The position numbers and the translations under genes are program-made. Source: Pseudacidobacterium sp. (GTDB lineage Bacteria > Acidobacteriota > Terriglobia > Terriglobales > Acidobacteriaceae). From it: a stretch of DNA of 44,506 nucleotides. The stretch lies in NCBI GenBank assembly GCA_035653455.1, contig DASRBV010000337.1, positions 1 to 44,506 of the forward strand, read 5' to 3'. Under the pieces are notes generated by a model. The model did not search any database and was not told where the DNA came from. It saw nothing but the letters and a program-made list of their open reading frames with translations. Shown here piece by piece: positions 20,157 through 30,045 of this stretch (position 1 is the first letter of the stretch; each line of letters starts with the position of its first letter).

Positions 20157-20663
20157 TCAGACAAAATTCCCGCCGTCTTCTTCCACATGCAGCGGCGTTT
20201 CTTTCTTTCTGAGGACATCGAATCCCGCGCGCAGCCCATTCAGCACCCCGGCCACATGCCGCAGAGGCGTGGTAATTCCATGCTGGACCGCAGCCGTCGC
20301 CTGCGTGACACCATCCAGGACGGCCGTGGCCATTTCATCTACCCGCTGCACCTGGGCGTTCGCAGCCGTCGTGACTTCATTGACGGTGCGCTCCACGCGG
20401 TGCGCCTGCTCGCGCACAATATGTGAGGTTTCTACCAGATTGGCTGTGGCGACTTTGATTTTCGGGGAAACATCTTCCAGCAGATTTCGGGCCGTCGCCA
20501 GGGCGGGCACCAGATGCTGGTTGATCTTGTCAGAAACCTCTTTGGCCTGCCGTACCGATTTTTTGATAGCAAAGAACATGCCCAGCAGGACACCAGCCTG
20601 CAAAAGGACGCCAACCGCGACAGCGATTGCAAAAATTACGAAGAATACCTGAGGTAATTGCAT
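20157..20663 (-). CDS. Membrane-anchored coiled-coil protein (DUF948/YtxG-like)
   Basis: One N-terminal TM helix followed by long amphipathic helices; directly downstream of the YtxH-like gene. Confidence 0.6.
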   Translation of the reverse strand: MQLPQVFFVIFAIAVAVGVLLQAGVLLGMFFAIKKSVRQAKEVSDKINQHLVPALATARNLLEDVSPKIKVATANLVETSHIVREQAHRVERTVNEVTTAANAQVQRVDEMATAVLDGVTQATAAVQHGITTPLRHVAGVLNGLRAGFDVLRKKETPLHVEEDGGNFV

Positions 20664-20715
20664 CTCTCTTTCCTGCAAACGATCAGAAGTTGGCGCCTGA
20701 TTCTCTTAAGAACAA

Positions 20716-21111
20716 TTACTGGTTCGCGGCTTCCTGGCCCGCTTCAGTTGTGGAACGGTATGCCTGGCGTCCGGCCTCGACCGCGGCAGAAACACGTTCA
20801 CCCTGCTCACTGACAAACTGGCGACCCTGACTTATCAGGTCGTTCCACTGTGCGCGGCCCTTCTCAAAATACTCCTTGCTGCGGTCCACGTATTCACCTA
20901 CCTGCGCCTTGCCGCGCTCGACGTAGGCATTCACCTGGTCAGCGGCTTCCCGTGAACGCTGCCGGATATACTCACCACCCTCGCGGGCGCTGTTCACAAG
21001 ATCTTCGCGGGTCTCTCGGCCCGATTTCGGGGCGTACAAAACGCCAAGCAGCGCGCCCAAACCCAGTCCTGCCAAAAACCAGCTAAAGCCATTGGATTTT
21101 TCGTCTGACAT
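20716..21111 (-). CDS. YtxH domain protein (general stress)
   Basis: FLAGLGLGALLGVLYAPKSGRETR signature. Confidence 0.9.
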   Translation of the reverse strand: MSDEKSNGFSWFLAGLGLGALLGVLYAPKSGRETREDLVNSAREGGEYIRQRSREAADQVNAYVERGKAQVGEYVDRSKEYFEKGRAQWNDLISQGRQFVSEQGERVSAAVEAGRQAYRSTTEAGQEAANQ

Positions 21112-21322
21112 ATACTCTCTCCTTTACCCGGAAAACGGATGGTATCAGAACCTTTCAGCGTATACCAACGTCAATGACATAGTAGATGCCGACACGGCCC
21201 TTTCCGCTGCCATCTCTCACGGGGTCAATGCATAACAACTGTTTTACCCATTTCGCGTTTGAAAGGACTAAGATATTTACCTGAAACCTGTGCCACGCAC
21301 GCAGAAGGAGACACTCTCTGGC

Positions 21323-22426
21323 ATGAAACACGCATACACCATAAAAACAAGGGGCATCCAGGCCGCCCTGCTCGCCACTGCCCTTGTACTGGGAGCCGGA
21401 TGCAACCGCCAGCAACAGGAGCAGCCACAGGCACGGACCGACCAGCAGGTCGCAAGCGACATTCAGGCAAAAATTGCCGCTGAAAGCGCATTGAACGGCC
21501 AGCAGATTCAGGTCAGCGTCTCGAACGGAGTCGCCACGCTCTCTGGCAGCGCAAATGATGAGGCTTCGCGCGCGCTGGCCGCAAATGATGCGGGCAGTGT
21601 CAATGGAGTGAAGACCGTCATCAACAATCTGACTGTCGTCCCTCTGCCACAGCCGACACAACAGGCAGCAGCTCCCGCGCCTGCTCCGGAACGCAAAACA
21701 TCCGCAGAGCGCAAAAAGAAGCGCTCTGGACAGGAAGTGGCTGAAACCGCTCCCGCTCCCGCTCCTGCGCCAGCACCAGCGCCGGCTCCGCAGTCCCAGG
21801 CGCAGCCTGCTCCTCCGCCACCACCTCCGCAGCCTGTAGTGAAAACGATCACGATTCCCGCAGGAATAATTGTCCCTGTGCGCATTACGGAAGGACTCAG
21901 CAGCCAGACCGCGCAGCCGAACCAGGTCTTCCACGGCTCGCTTGCCGGAGACCTGATTGCTGACGGCATGGTCGCCATTCCGCACGGAGCTTCAGTGGTA
22001 GGCCGCGTAGTAGATGCCAAAGATGCTACGCATTTTTCCGGCAATTCACTGCTCTCCATTGAGCTTACGCAGATCAGCGCCCACGGACGTCAGATTCCTG
22101 TTGTAACCGATGCCTACTCCCGCCAGGGCCAGGGACGCGGCAAGAACACCGCCATGAAAGCTGGAGGCGGCGCCGCCCTCGGGGCCATCATCGGCGCACT
22201 CGCCGGTGGCGGCAGAGGCGCCGCCATCGGAGCAGCAGCAGGGGGGGCCACCGGGGCCGGAGTCAACGCCATTACCCGCGGCCAGCAAGTGCAGATCCAG
22301 CCGGAAACGCTCATCAACTTCAAGCTGCAATCGCCCATCACTGTAACAACGTCGCAAAAAGCTGGAGAAGTCCGCTCCTTTGACGACAACAGCAACCCGC
22401 AATTGCAGAACCGTCCGCAGCAGTAA
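21323..22426 (+). CDS. BON-domain lipoprotein with Pro/Ala linker and C-terminal glycine-zipper domain
   Basis: Lipobox LGAGC; BON motif [25 protein letters not shown]; PAPAPAP linker; [24 protein letters not shown]. Confidence 0.85.
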   Translation: MKHAYTIKTRGIQAALLATALVLGAGCNRQQQEQPQARTDQQVASDIQAKIAAESALNGQQIQVSVSNGVATLSGSANDEASRALAANDAGSVNGVKTVINNLTVVPLPQPTQQAAAPAPAPERKTSAERKKKRSGQEVAETAPAPAPAPAPAPAPQSQAQPAPPPPPPQPVVKTITIPAGIIVPVRITEGLSSQTAQPNQVFHGSLAGDLIADGMVAIPHGASVVGRVVDAKDATHFSGNSLLSIELTQISAHGRQIPVVTDAYSRQGQGRGKNTAMKAGGGAALGAIIGALAGGGRGAAIGAAAGGATGAGVNAITRGQQVQIQPETLINFKLQSPITVTTSQKAGEVRSFDDNSNPQLQNRPQQ

Positions 22427-22448
22427 AAGATAGCACTTATGGAAAACG

Positions 22449-22475
22449 GCCCCGCACAAAAGCGGGGCTTTTTTT
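22449..22475 (+). terminator. Rho-independent terminator after the BON gene
   Basis: GCCCCGC-ACAAAA-GCGGGGC followed by T7. Confidence 0.85.
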
Positions 22476-22551
22476 CATTGGCAGCTCGTCAAATTATTGT
22501 ATACATTTACGAATACGTTAAAGTGTTTTAAATTCCCGGAGGGCGAAAAAT

Positions 22552-24882
22552 ATGAACCGGCGCAGATTTCTTCAGGGACTGGCCATCGGCGCTGCCGGCA
22601 TGTCTGCATGGGGAGATACGCAGAACGAGCATTCTCCTGTAGTTGCAACAACCCTGGTTTCCCCCATTGATTTGGGTGACCAGACCTTGCTTTGCTCTTT
22701 TGAACACGAAGGCCAAAGCTGGAAAGTTTACGAAGACCTCCGCGTTCGAGATGGTGCGTTCACTTTCGTCCGCTCTGATGGGCAAGGAAAACAACTACGC
22801 AAAACTGCCGAGGCCACCTTCGCCGAAAACGGGCCGCCGTATCTGGGAATACCGCTCAAAGATATCGGCCTTTCCGCGCGCGACCTGCTGGCCGACCGCC
22901 TGCTGGAGCATGGCGACCCTGACCCCGATCAGGTCAGACGGGCCGCGCCTCCGCTGGAGTCTGCACCTCCGGAACGCGGCGGCTACAGGCTGCCGTGGAA
23001 CACTTTCGTGGGTACGCGGGAATGCTCTGATACCATGCCAGTCTTCCCCTCAGGAAACACCCGGACCTATCACCCCAATCAATTCTTCCCCGATTTGAAG
23101 CCCGGCCTTGCTCAGAGACGTTTTGAAGGACTTATTGGCGGATGGATGCCTGCCGTCCGCAAAGTCATGCCACTCTCAGGTTCTGCGTATTACGAACTCA
23201 TCATCTTCGGAGACGTGCTTGCGCGTGACCGCTTCATTGTCCAGACATGGCACCGCACGGCGCTCATCGAAAACGGAAAAATCACGAAAGTAGAGTATGG
23301 ATACAGTTATCCTCCGTTCCCTCCGCGGCGACACGCACCGCAGCCTGAGGAGTTTTACCGTGGCCTGCTCCTCTTCGCCGCGTATTGGGAAGACCTGCTG
23401 CGGGACATTGCCTCCGCGCATTTGCCGGATGCAACTTACTCTGACATGACCCGGCACGCCTTTGCCAGGGAACTCATGGTGCGTCCCGGCGGTGTCTACC
23501 CAAAGTACGGGGCAGTAGACCGCGATTACTATGGCTCCGAATACGATGGCTTTCAGGACATCTTCACCAGCTCTGTCTTTGCCAATCTTGATTGGGGCCG
23601 CTTTGAAATGGCCCGTCAGGTCATAGACAACTACCTGACCAGATTCACTGACGACAGCGGCATGATCAATATGCGCGGACCGGAAACTGCTCAGTTTGGT
23701 CTGACCTTGTTTCTGCTCGCCCGCTATTACCAGTACACAGGCGATGCGGCGCTTCTGCTTAAACACCGAAAAAAGATCGAAGCCACTGCGTCCCTTCTGC
23801 TGGAACTGCACGATGAGAGTCTGCGTCTGTCTCCCAGTGACCCCGGCCATGGACTCATTCACGGCTGGAGCGAGTCCGACTCCTGCCTGTTTCCAAAACC
23901 CGATGTATGGTGGCAGCCCTATTTTTCCAACAGCGCCTTTGCGGCGCGCGGTCTTTCGGAAATCAGCAGCGTATGGAACAGTCTGGACGCTCCCGGCATG
24001 AAGGCCCTGGCTTCCGGATGGCGGCAGCGCAGCGATACGCTACGCCGGCGCGTGATCGAAAGTGTCGAACAAAGCGTCCGGCGCGACATGGCCCCACCCT
24101 ACGTCAGCCCTCTGCCCGGAACAAAGCTGACCTTTCGCGAATCCATGGAACAGGAGCACCCCAGCCCGCAAGGCTGGCCACATCGCGCCTACTCCGAGCT
24201 TTTGCAGGCGGAAGTGCTGCCGCAGCAGCTCGCAAACGCAGTCATAGACTGCATGAGGGCCTATGGCGCAACCACCCTCGGCGTGGTTGCCAACGTAAGC
24301 CGTCCGCGTGAAACGGGACGGGACATTCTCGGCTTTATCTCATATGGATACGCACGTGCCCTGCTCGCTCTCGACCGCATCGAAGAATACCTGCTTTTTC
24401 TGTATTCGCACCGCTATCACGACCACACGCCAGGAAGCTGGGTCGCGGGTGAAGTCGCAGGCATTACCGGAGACTCAGCGCTCTTTTGTATACCCGCGCA
24501 GCTCACGATTCCATTACTGGTGCGCTGGATGCTGGTCTTTGAAGATGCCGATGAAGACCGTCTCTATCTTGGCAGAGCGCTGCCACGTTCCTGGGTAGGG
24601 TCAGAAAAGGAGATTTCCATCGAGCACGCGCCCACGCGATGGGGACGCGTAAGTTTCAGCCTGAAAACGAACATGACTGCGAAAACAGCGCATGCCAGCG
24701 TAACACTCGAAAAACAAGGAGCGCATGAAATTTATCTTCGTATGCGCCTTCCGGAAGGAGCACACCTGCTCTCAGCCAGAGTGAACGGCCAGCCTGCAAA
24801 TCTGGCCGGAAAGCAAAAAGACACCATTCTCATTCAGGCAGGCAATGAGAGGACTTTTGAAGTCGAAGCGCTCCTTGCATGA
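22552..24882 (+). CDS. Tat-exported protein, probable (alpha/alpha)6-barrel glycoside hydrolase-like
   Basis: Twin-arginine MNRRRFLQG; segments YYQYTGD..LL, MLVFED..LYLGRALPRSW and APTRWG resemble six-hairpin glycosidases; GGAGG RBS. Confidence 0.6.
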   Translation: MNRRRFLQGLAIGAAGMSAWGDTQNEHSPVVATTLVSPIDLGDQTLLCSFEHEGQSWKVYEDLRVRDGAFTFVRSDGQGKQLRKTAEATFAENGPPYLGIPLKDIGLSARDLLADRLLEHGDPDPDQVRRAAPPLESAPPERGGYRLPWNTFVGTRECSDTMPVFPSGNTRTYHPNQFFPDLKPGLAQRRFEGLIGGWMPAVRKVMPLSGSAYYELIIFGDVLARDRFIVQTWHRTALIENGKITKVEYGYSYPPFPPRRHAPQPEEFYRGLLLFAAYWEDLLRDIASAHLPDATYSDMTRHAFARELMVRPGGVYPKYGAVDRDYYGSEYDGFQDIFTSSVFANLDWGRFEMARQVIDNYLTRFTDDSGMINMRGPETAQFGLTLFLLARYYQYTGDAALLLKHRKKIEATASLLLELHDESLRLSPSDPGHGLIHGWSESDSCLFPKPDVWWQPYFSNSAFAARGLSEISSVWNSLDAPGMKALASGWRQRSDTLRRRVIESVEQSVRRDMAPPYVSPLPGTKLTFRESMEQEHPSPQGWPHRAYSELLQAEVLPQQLANAVIDCMRAYGATTLGVVANVSRPRETGRDILGFISYGYARALLALDRIEEYLLFLYSHRYHDHTPGSWVAGEVAGITGDSALFCIPAQLTIPLLVRWMLVFEDADEDRLYLGRALPRSWVGSEKEISIEHAPTRWGRVSFSLKTNMTAKTAHASVTLEKQGAHEIYLRMRLPEGAHLLSARVNGQPANLAGKQKDTILIQAGNERTFEVEALLA

Positions 24883-24938
24883 GTTTGTTGTCGGTCCTCG
24901 CTCTTCGCTACGTGAAGGACCAGGACCTGCTTCTTTCT

Positions 24939-26657
24939 TCAGCGCTTCTTCCACAGTCCCGGGTCCACATCGTGAAATACATTGTCCCGGTCTTCAATTT
25001 CCTTCAGATGTTTTTCTGTCTCCGGTTTCAACCCGCCTGTTGCTGCATACTCGTCCCAGGCTTTTTCCACTGTTTTGAACTGGTTCACGTGCGTCTGGAA
25101 GCGCATCTCAGCGTAGTCCCGCGCGGCGGCTGTCGTAATCAAAAACTGCCAGTCTGAAGATTCCAGCAGCAGAAGTTCACGGCAAAGCTGTTTCATGATG
25201 CGCTCGCCGGTTCCACCATCGCGCCAGCGGCCTTCGGTCGCAAGTTCGCGCACACGCGTTTCTGCCGGATAGATGTGCGTCCAGGTCCACGCCGTGTCTG
25301 GATTCAGCCAGACCTCATTCGTCCCGTTCTTGCCCCATGAACCTTCCGCCAGTGCCAGATAGCCCGAGGGCGGCTCTTTTTCCAGATAATCTCCGCACGT
25401 CGTCAGCGCAATAGGAATCTCTTCTTTCGCCATGATGCGCGCCACATGCTCCAGCCACAGAGGCCCTTCATACCACCAGTGCCCGAAAAGCTCAGCATCA
25501 AATGGTGACGTAAGAATGGGCGTACGGCCGTTGCCAAAGCTGTCCTTCAGCGCGTCATACACTACGCTCACAAAGTGGCGGGCGTGGTCTGCTGTGCGTT
25601 CTGCGGCACGTTCGGGATAGTACGGCGTTTTTGCGCCCAGGTCCACTTTAGGATGGGTCACCTGCCAATACCGGTGCCCGCCCGGCCAGCGCTTTTTATG
25701 GAAGTCCAGATAATTGCTGTCACCCGGATAGCCCATCTCGCCGCTCCACACCTGGACTCCGGTCTTCGGATCGCGCGGGAAGATCGCCACAGGGTGCTGG
25801 TGCGCCCGCGGGCCATCCACCAAATAGGGCTGATAGAAGCCATGGCCATTATTTTCGACAATCTCAGTCGCGGCCGCTACGCCCACCGGGCCTCCGGCCT
25901 TCAGCTCATACGGCGTAAACTTCACCGGGCCTTCGACCAGGTGCGAATCTACAAAGAAATATTCAATGCCGCCTTCCGCCAATGCCTCTTCCACACCAAT
26001 GCGCTCAAATGGGGGCCACAACGCCCCGCCTGCCGGGGCCACCGGGGCCTGCCAGCGTCCTGCCGGACGGTAACCGCACTCGGGTGCCCAGATGCCGCGC
26101 GGCTTCTTCCCCAGATACCGCTCATGCGTGGCCGCCGCCGTCTTCACCTGCGCGGTAATACTTTCATCTGTGCCCAGCAACGGGAAGTATCCATGCGTTG
26201 CGGCGCAGGTAATCACCTCAATCTGGCCGGAATCATTAAAGTGCCGGAACCCCTTGATGATATCTCCGCCCAGTTCTTCAAAGTCCTTCAGGTCCTGCTC
26301 AAAAAAATCGAGCCAGTAGCGGGCGGTCTGCGCAAAGTGCTTCTCGCCATTCTGCCGGAAGTAGCTCTCGTCCTCGCACGCAGCCAGAATCTTCCGCTTC
26401 AGATATTGAGGAAATTCTTTTTTGAAGGTCGGGTGCGCCAACTGCTCCAGCAGGATCGGCGTGATATTGATGTTGCACTTGAGCGCAAGACCGTCCGCCT
26501 CCAGCCTGCGAAAGACGCGCAGCAGCGGCAAATATGTTTCTGCAGCCGCTTCCAGCAGCCATTCCAGACCATGCGGCCATGTTCCGTGATGGACGACGTA
26601 AGGCAGATGCGCGTGCAGCGTAAACGTCATATAGCCCTGAGGACGGCCTGTCTTCAT
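24939..26657 (-). CDS. GH57 1,4-alpha-glucan branching enzyme (DUF1957)
   Basis: HAHLPYV, EWLLEAAAETYLP, GIWAPEC (nucleophile), PFDAELFGHWWYEG (acid/base), LESSDWQF. Confidence 0.93.
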   Translation of the reverse strand: MKTGRPQGYMTFTLHAHLPYVVHHGTWPHGLEWLLEAAAETYLPLLRVFRRLEADGLALKCNINITPILLEQLAHPTFKKEFPQYLKRKILAACEDESYFRQNGEKHFAQTARYWLDFFEQDLKDFEELGGDIIKGFRHFNDSGQIEVITCAATHGYFPLLGTDESITAQVKTAAATHERYLGKKPRGIWAPECGYRPAGRWQAPVAPAGGALWPPFERIGVEEALAEGGIEYFFVDSHLVEGPVKFTPYELKAGGPVGVAAATEIVENNGHGFYQPYLVDGPRAHQHPVAIFPRDPKTGVQVWSGEMGYPGDSNYLDFHKKRWPGGHRYWQVTHPKVDLGAKTPYYPERAAERTADHARHFVSVVYDALKDSFGNGRTPILTSPFDAELFGHWWYEGPLWLEHVARIMAKEEIPIALTTCGDYLEKEPPSGYLALAEGSWGKNGTNEVWLNPDTAWTWTHIYPAETRVRELATEGRWRDGGTGERIMKQLCRELLLLESSDWQFLITTAAARDYAEMRFQTHVNQFKTVEKAWDEYAATGGLKPETEKHLKEIEDRDNVFHDVDPGLWKKR

Positions 26658-26778
26658 AGAATCCCTTTCAGATACGAAATGTTTGGGTTGAATCCTGGTA
26701 ACGCTATAGGAAGACGCGAACTGCTGTCTGAACGGTTGTTTTTGCTGGCAATTTCTGCCGCTTTGCAAAAAGTCTACT

Positions 26779-28035
26779 ATGGAAAGGATGAATCCGGCTT
26801 CAAAACAAGCCACGCCAGATCACGTCGTCAGCTTCGCGGAGGCCGTCCGCACCGTCCGGCAGGAAGCCGAAAAAATACGCGAAGTACGTCCTGCCGCAGA
26901 ACAAGTCCCTTTATTGGATGCAACAGGAAGGGTCCTCGCTGAAGCAGTCCGCGCCGACCGCGACCAGCCTCCATTTCCACGCTCCACGCGCGACGGCTTC
27001 GCCTGCATCGCGGCAGATGTCCAATCCGGCAGAATGCTCAGAATCATCGGCCAGGTACGCGCCGGGGAAGCATGGCAAGGCGGCCCACTTCAGCCAGGAG
27101 AAGCCATCGAAATCATGACTGGAGCACCAGTCCCTGATGGGGCCAACTGCGTTGTCATGGTCGAACACGTTCAGGCTGAAGAGAATCAGCTTCGCCTGAA
27201 AGCCGGCCATAGCATTGCGCCTGGTGAAAACATCGTTCCAGCAGGAGCAGAGGCAAAATCCGGAACAGTCCTTGTCCCCGCAGGAACACGCTTGGTCCCA
27301 TCTCACATTGCAGCAGCGGCGGCCTGTGGATACGCGCAACTCTCCGTTTTTCGAAAACCACGCATCGCAATTCTTGCTACCGGAGACGAGCTGGTTTCGC
27401 TCGAAAGCACACCGCTTCTGCACCAGATACGCAACTCGAACAGCTATTCCCTCGCGGCACAGATCCAACTGGCAGGCGCAGAGCCGGTCATACTACCCGT
27501 CGCGCATGACAGCCAGCCAGCGATCGAGGCCGCCATATGCGGCGCCCAGGACTGCGACCTGCTTCTGCTCTCCGGCGGCGTCTCAATGGGCAAGTATGAC
27601 TTCGTCGAGCAGGTCTTGCATCACCGCGGCGCAGAGTTTTTCTTTACCGGAGCAAAAATCCAACCCGGACGTCCTGTTGTTTTCGGACGCCTTCCGCATC
27701 AGTATTTCTTCGGACTTCCCGGCAATCCGGTCTCGACAATGGTCACCTTTGCACTCTTTGCCCATCCGCTCATCGCTGCGCTTTCAGGGGAAGCCTCTGG
27801 CGGGTCACGTTTCGCGCTCGCTGGCCTTACGCATGAGGCCCACTGCAAGTCCGGCTTGACGCGCTTTCTCCCTGCCCGCCTGGATTACAGCATCCACGGA
27901 GCAACGGCCACCGTCATCCCGTGGCAAGGATCGGGAGACCTGGCCAGTACCGCCAACGCGAATGGATTTGCCGTCCTCCCTGCGGAAGACAAAAGGCTCC
28001 CAGCAGGCTCTTTGATATCCGTGCTGCTGATGTGA
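26779..28035 (+). CDS. moeA: Molybdopterin molybdenumtransferase MoeA
   Basis: PPFPRSTRDGFA, IMTGAPVP, ATGDEL, SGGVSMGKYD, GLPGNPVS. Confidence 0.94.
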   Translation: MERMNPASKQATPDHVVSFAEAVRTVRQEAEKIREVRPAAEQVPLLDATGRVLAEAVRADRDQPPFPRSTRDGFACIAADVQSGRMLRIIGQVRAGEAWQGGPLQPGEAIEIMTGAPVPDGANCVVMVEHVQAEENQLRLKAGHSIAPGENIVPAGAEAKSGTVLVPAGTRLVPSHIAAAAACGYAQLSVFRKPRIAILATGDELVSLESTPLLHQIRNSNSYSLAAQIQLAGAEPVILPVAHDSQPAIEAAICGAQDCDLLLLSGGVSMGKYDFVEQVLHHRGAEFFFTGAKIQPGRPVVFGRLPHQYFFGLPGNPVSTMVTFALFAHPLIAALSGEASGGSRFALAGLTHEAHCKSGLTRFLPARLDYSIHGATATVIPWQGSGDLASTANANGFAVLPAEDKRLPAGSLISVLLM

Positions 28036-28036
28036 C

Positions 28037-28083
28037 AGCGTATTTCATACATCAGATATTGATCAGAATCTATGAAACACGCT
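28037..28083. repeat. Short imperfect inverted repeat, possible MITE remnant
   Basis: AGCGTATTTCATACATC..GAATCTATGAAACACGCT directly after the moeA stop; arms loosely resemble the MITE termini. Confidence 0.45.
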
Positions 28084-28194
28084 CAGGAAGAATCCACCCA
28101 AAGGTGGACTTAAAAACCCGTCCCTGGGACCAAGACGAAATGTGAACGGTTTCCTATCCTGAGAATGTCTCTTGATAAATACATAACCTCCTGA

Positions 28195-28229
28195 CCCCGG
28201 TTTTCCGCAGAAACCGGGGCTTTCTTTTT
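28195..28229 (+). terminator. Rho-independent terminator
   Basis: CCCCGGTTT-loop-AAACCGGGG followed by CTTTCTTTTT. Confidence 0.75.
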
Positions 28230-28230
28230 G

Positions 28231-29478
28231 TTATGCGTGCCGCACAAGCTGGACCATATAAATCAGGGACAGGACCGAAACAGTGATGGCCGTCAGCCAC
28301 GCCGCCACATTGAACCAGCGCGCGTTAACGTGTGTTCCCATCAGGTCTTTGCGATTGATGAGCAACAGCATGAACACAATCACAATCGGCAGCAGGACGC
28401 CGTTCAGCGTCTGCGAGAAGATGGAAAACTGCACCAGCGGGAAATTCGGAATCAGGACCACAGCCGTACCGCCGGCAATCAGCAGTGTGTAGAGCCAGTA
28501 AAAAAACGGCGCCTGCCGGAATCCTTTATCTACTCCAGACTCAAATCCCAGCCCCTCGCACACCGTATAGGCCGTTGAAAGGGGCAGCACTGAGGCGGCA
28601 AAAAACGACGCATTGAACAGCCCAAAGGCAAACAACAGAAAGGCGTAGGGTCCGGCCAGAGGCTTCATGGCCTCGGCGGCATCGGCGGGCATGGCGATGC
28701 TTCCCATGCCGTGCGCCCACAGCGTGGCTGCGCAGGCCACAATAATGAACCACGCCACCACGTCAGTAAAAATGGAGCCGACAATCACATCCAGCCGCGT
28801 GGCTGCATAATTCTTTACGCTCACGCCTTTCTCAACAATGGAGGACTGCAGGTAAAACTGCATCCACGGCGCGATGGTGGTCCCGATCACGCCCACCACC
28901 ATGTAGATGTAATCGTGCTGCGCCCAGGCCGCGCGTGAAGGCAGCTTTACGGTGGCAACCATGGCCTCACGCCAGCTCGGCCCGGAAAGCACTCCCGTAA
29001 TGATGTAGGCGATGTAAAACACTGACGCGGTAAGAAATATCTTTTCGACGCTCTTGTAATCGCCGCGCACGGCAAGCAGCCATACAAGAGCTGCACAAAT
29101 GGGCACGGAAATATATTTCGAAAGATGAAAAAGCTGAAGGCTGCCCGCAATCCCGGCAAACTCGCCGATAATATTGCCGAAGTTTACAATCACCAGCAGC
29201 ACCATGATGATGAACGTCATGCGCAGGCCAAATTCTTCGCGGATGAGGTCGCTCAGCCCCTTGCCCGTCACCACACCCATGCGGGCGCACATCTCCTGCA
29301 CGATAATGAGCGCCAGAGTAATGGGAATGATCGTCCACAGCAGCGAATATCCAAACTGCGCCCCCGCCTGCGAATACGTCAGGATGCCGTTGGGGTCATT
29401 GTCCACATTGGCTGTAATGAAGCCCGGCCCAAGCACGGCAAGGAACAGCAGTATCCGGGTTCTCCAGCGTCGCAGCAT
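28231..29478 (-). CDS. Nramp-family divalent metal transporter (Nramp-related, possibly Mg2+)
   Basis: GPGFITANVDNDPNG, QEMCARMGVVTGKGL, GTTIAPWMQF; about 11 TM segments. Confidence 0.88.
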   Translation of the reverse strand: MLRRWRTRILLFLAVLGPGFITANVDNDPNGILTYSQAGAQFGYSLLWTIIPITLALIIVQEMCARMGVVTGKGLSDLIREEFGLRMTFIIMVLLVIVNFGNIIGEFAGIAGSLQLFHLSKYISVPICAALVWLLAVRGDYKSVEKIFLTASVFYIAYIITGVLSGPSWREAMVATVKLPSRAAWAQHDYIYMVVGVIGTTIAPWMQFYLQSSIVEKGVSVKNYAATRLDVIVGSIFTDVVAWFIIVACAATLWAHGMGSIAMPADAAEAMKPLAGPYAFLLFAFGLFNASFFAASVLPLSTAYTVCEGLGFESGVDKGFRQAPFFYWLYTLLIAGGTAVVLIPNFPLVQFSIFSQTLNGVLLPIVIVFMLLLINRKDLMGTHVNARWFNVAAWLTAITVSVLSLIYMVQLVRHA

Positions 29479-29663
29479 AGTCAGGGACCAAATTAAAATT
29501 CAGAAGATGTTTGAATCGAAACGGCCAGTGTTCGCGCCGCTTCTTCAAGGCAGAATTCTTTTCTCAGTTTTACATCAAATCAGGATTTCAAGAAGGGCCA
29601 ACCCGGTGCCTTTCAGGGGCCTTGATGAATGACCGGCCGGCTCTCTCTGCTACTCTGTCTTCG

Positions 29664-29996
29664 ATGCCGCAATTTAAATCAGGAAGCACCGGCGCGATTG
29701 CGCTTTCCCTGATCATCGCCGTCGCGTCCGCATGGATGGGCATCGGCGCAAACGGGATTTACTGCGACCGCCTGCCTTCCATGACCATCATGGCCACGCT
29801 GGCGGCTTTCGTCATCGCGTTATGTTTTCGCCTGTTTGCGCGTGCTGACACCCGCGCTAAAAAGGCCCAGCTTGCGATGGCCCTCATCATCGCTGCCGGG
29901 ACCCTCTTCGCGGACACCCGCTTCGTGCTGAAATACCGCGGCATCTGCGGACAGCTACAGCAGCAGATCCGCCAGATGAGAAACCCATCACAATAA
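29664..29996 (+). CDS. Hypothetical small membrane protein (about 3 TM)
   Basis: Three hydrophobic stretches; fills the gap between the Nramp gene and scoA. Start uncertain. Confidence 0.6.
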   Translation: MPQFKSGSTGAIALSLIIAVASAWMGIGANGIYCDRLPSMTIMATLAAFVIALCFRLFARADTRAKKAQLAMALIIAAGTLFADTRFVLKYRGICGQLQQQIRQMRNPSQ

Positions 29997-30045
29997 AAGA
30001 CATTTCCGGTACCCGCTTTTTTGGCCTTTGGACAAAGGCATCGGT

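Noticed and set aside
21749-21830. Short tandem GCTCC(C/T/G) repeats
   Set aside because: They encode the Pro/Ala linker of the BON protein; degenerate third positions argue against a contingency locus or CRISPR.
25575-26942. Long antisense or alternative-frame ORFs (25575..26942, 14225..15151, 2333..3196, 21155..21985, 34457..35266, 15901..16677, 2..634)
   Set aside because: Shadow ORFs overlapping well-supported genes in GC-rich DNA, with no recognisable motifs.
29479-29663. Metal-sensing riboswitch (yybP-ykoY or M-box) upstream of the Nramp-like gene
   Set aside because: No recognisable conserved core or terminator by eye; cmscan would be decisive.
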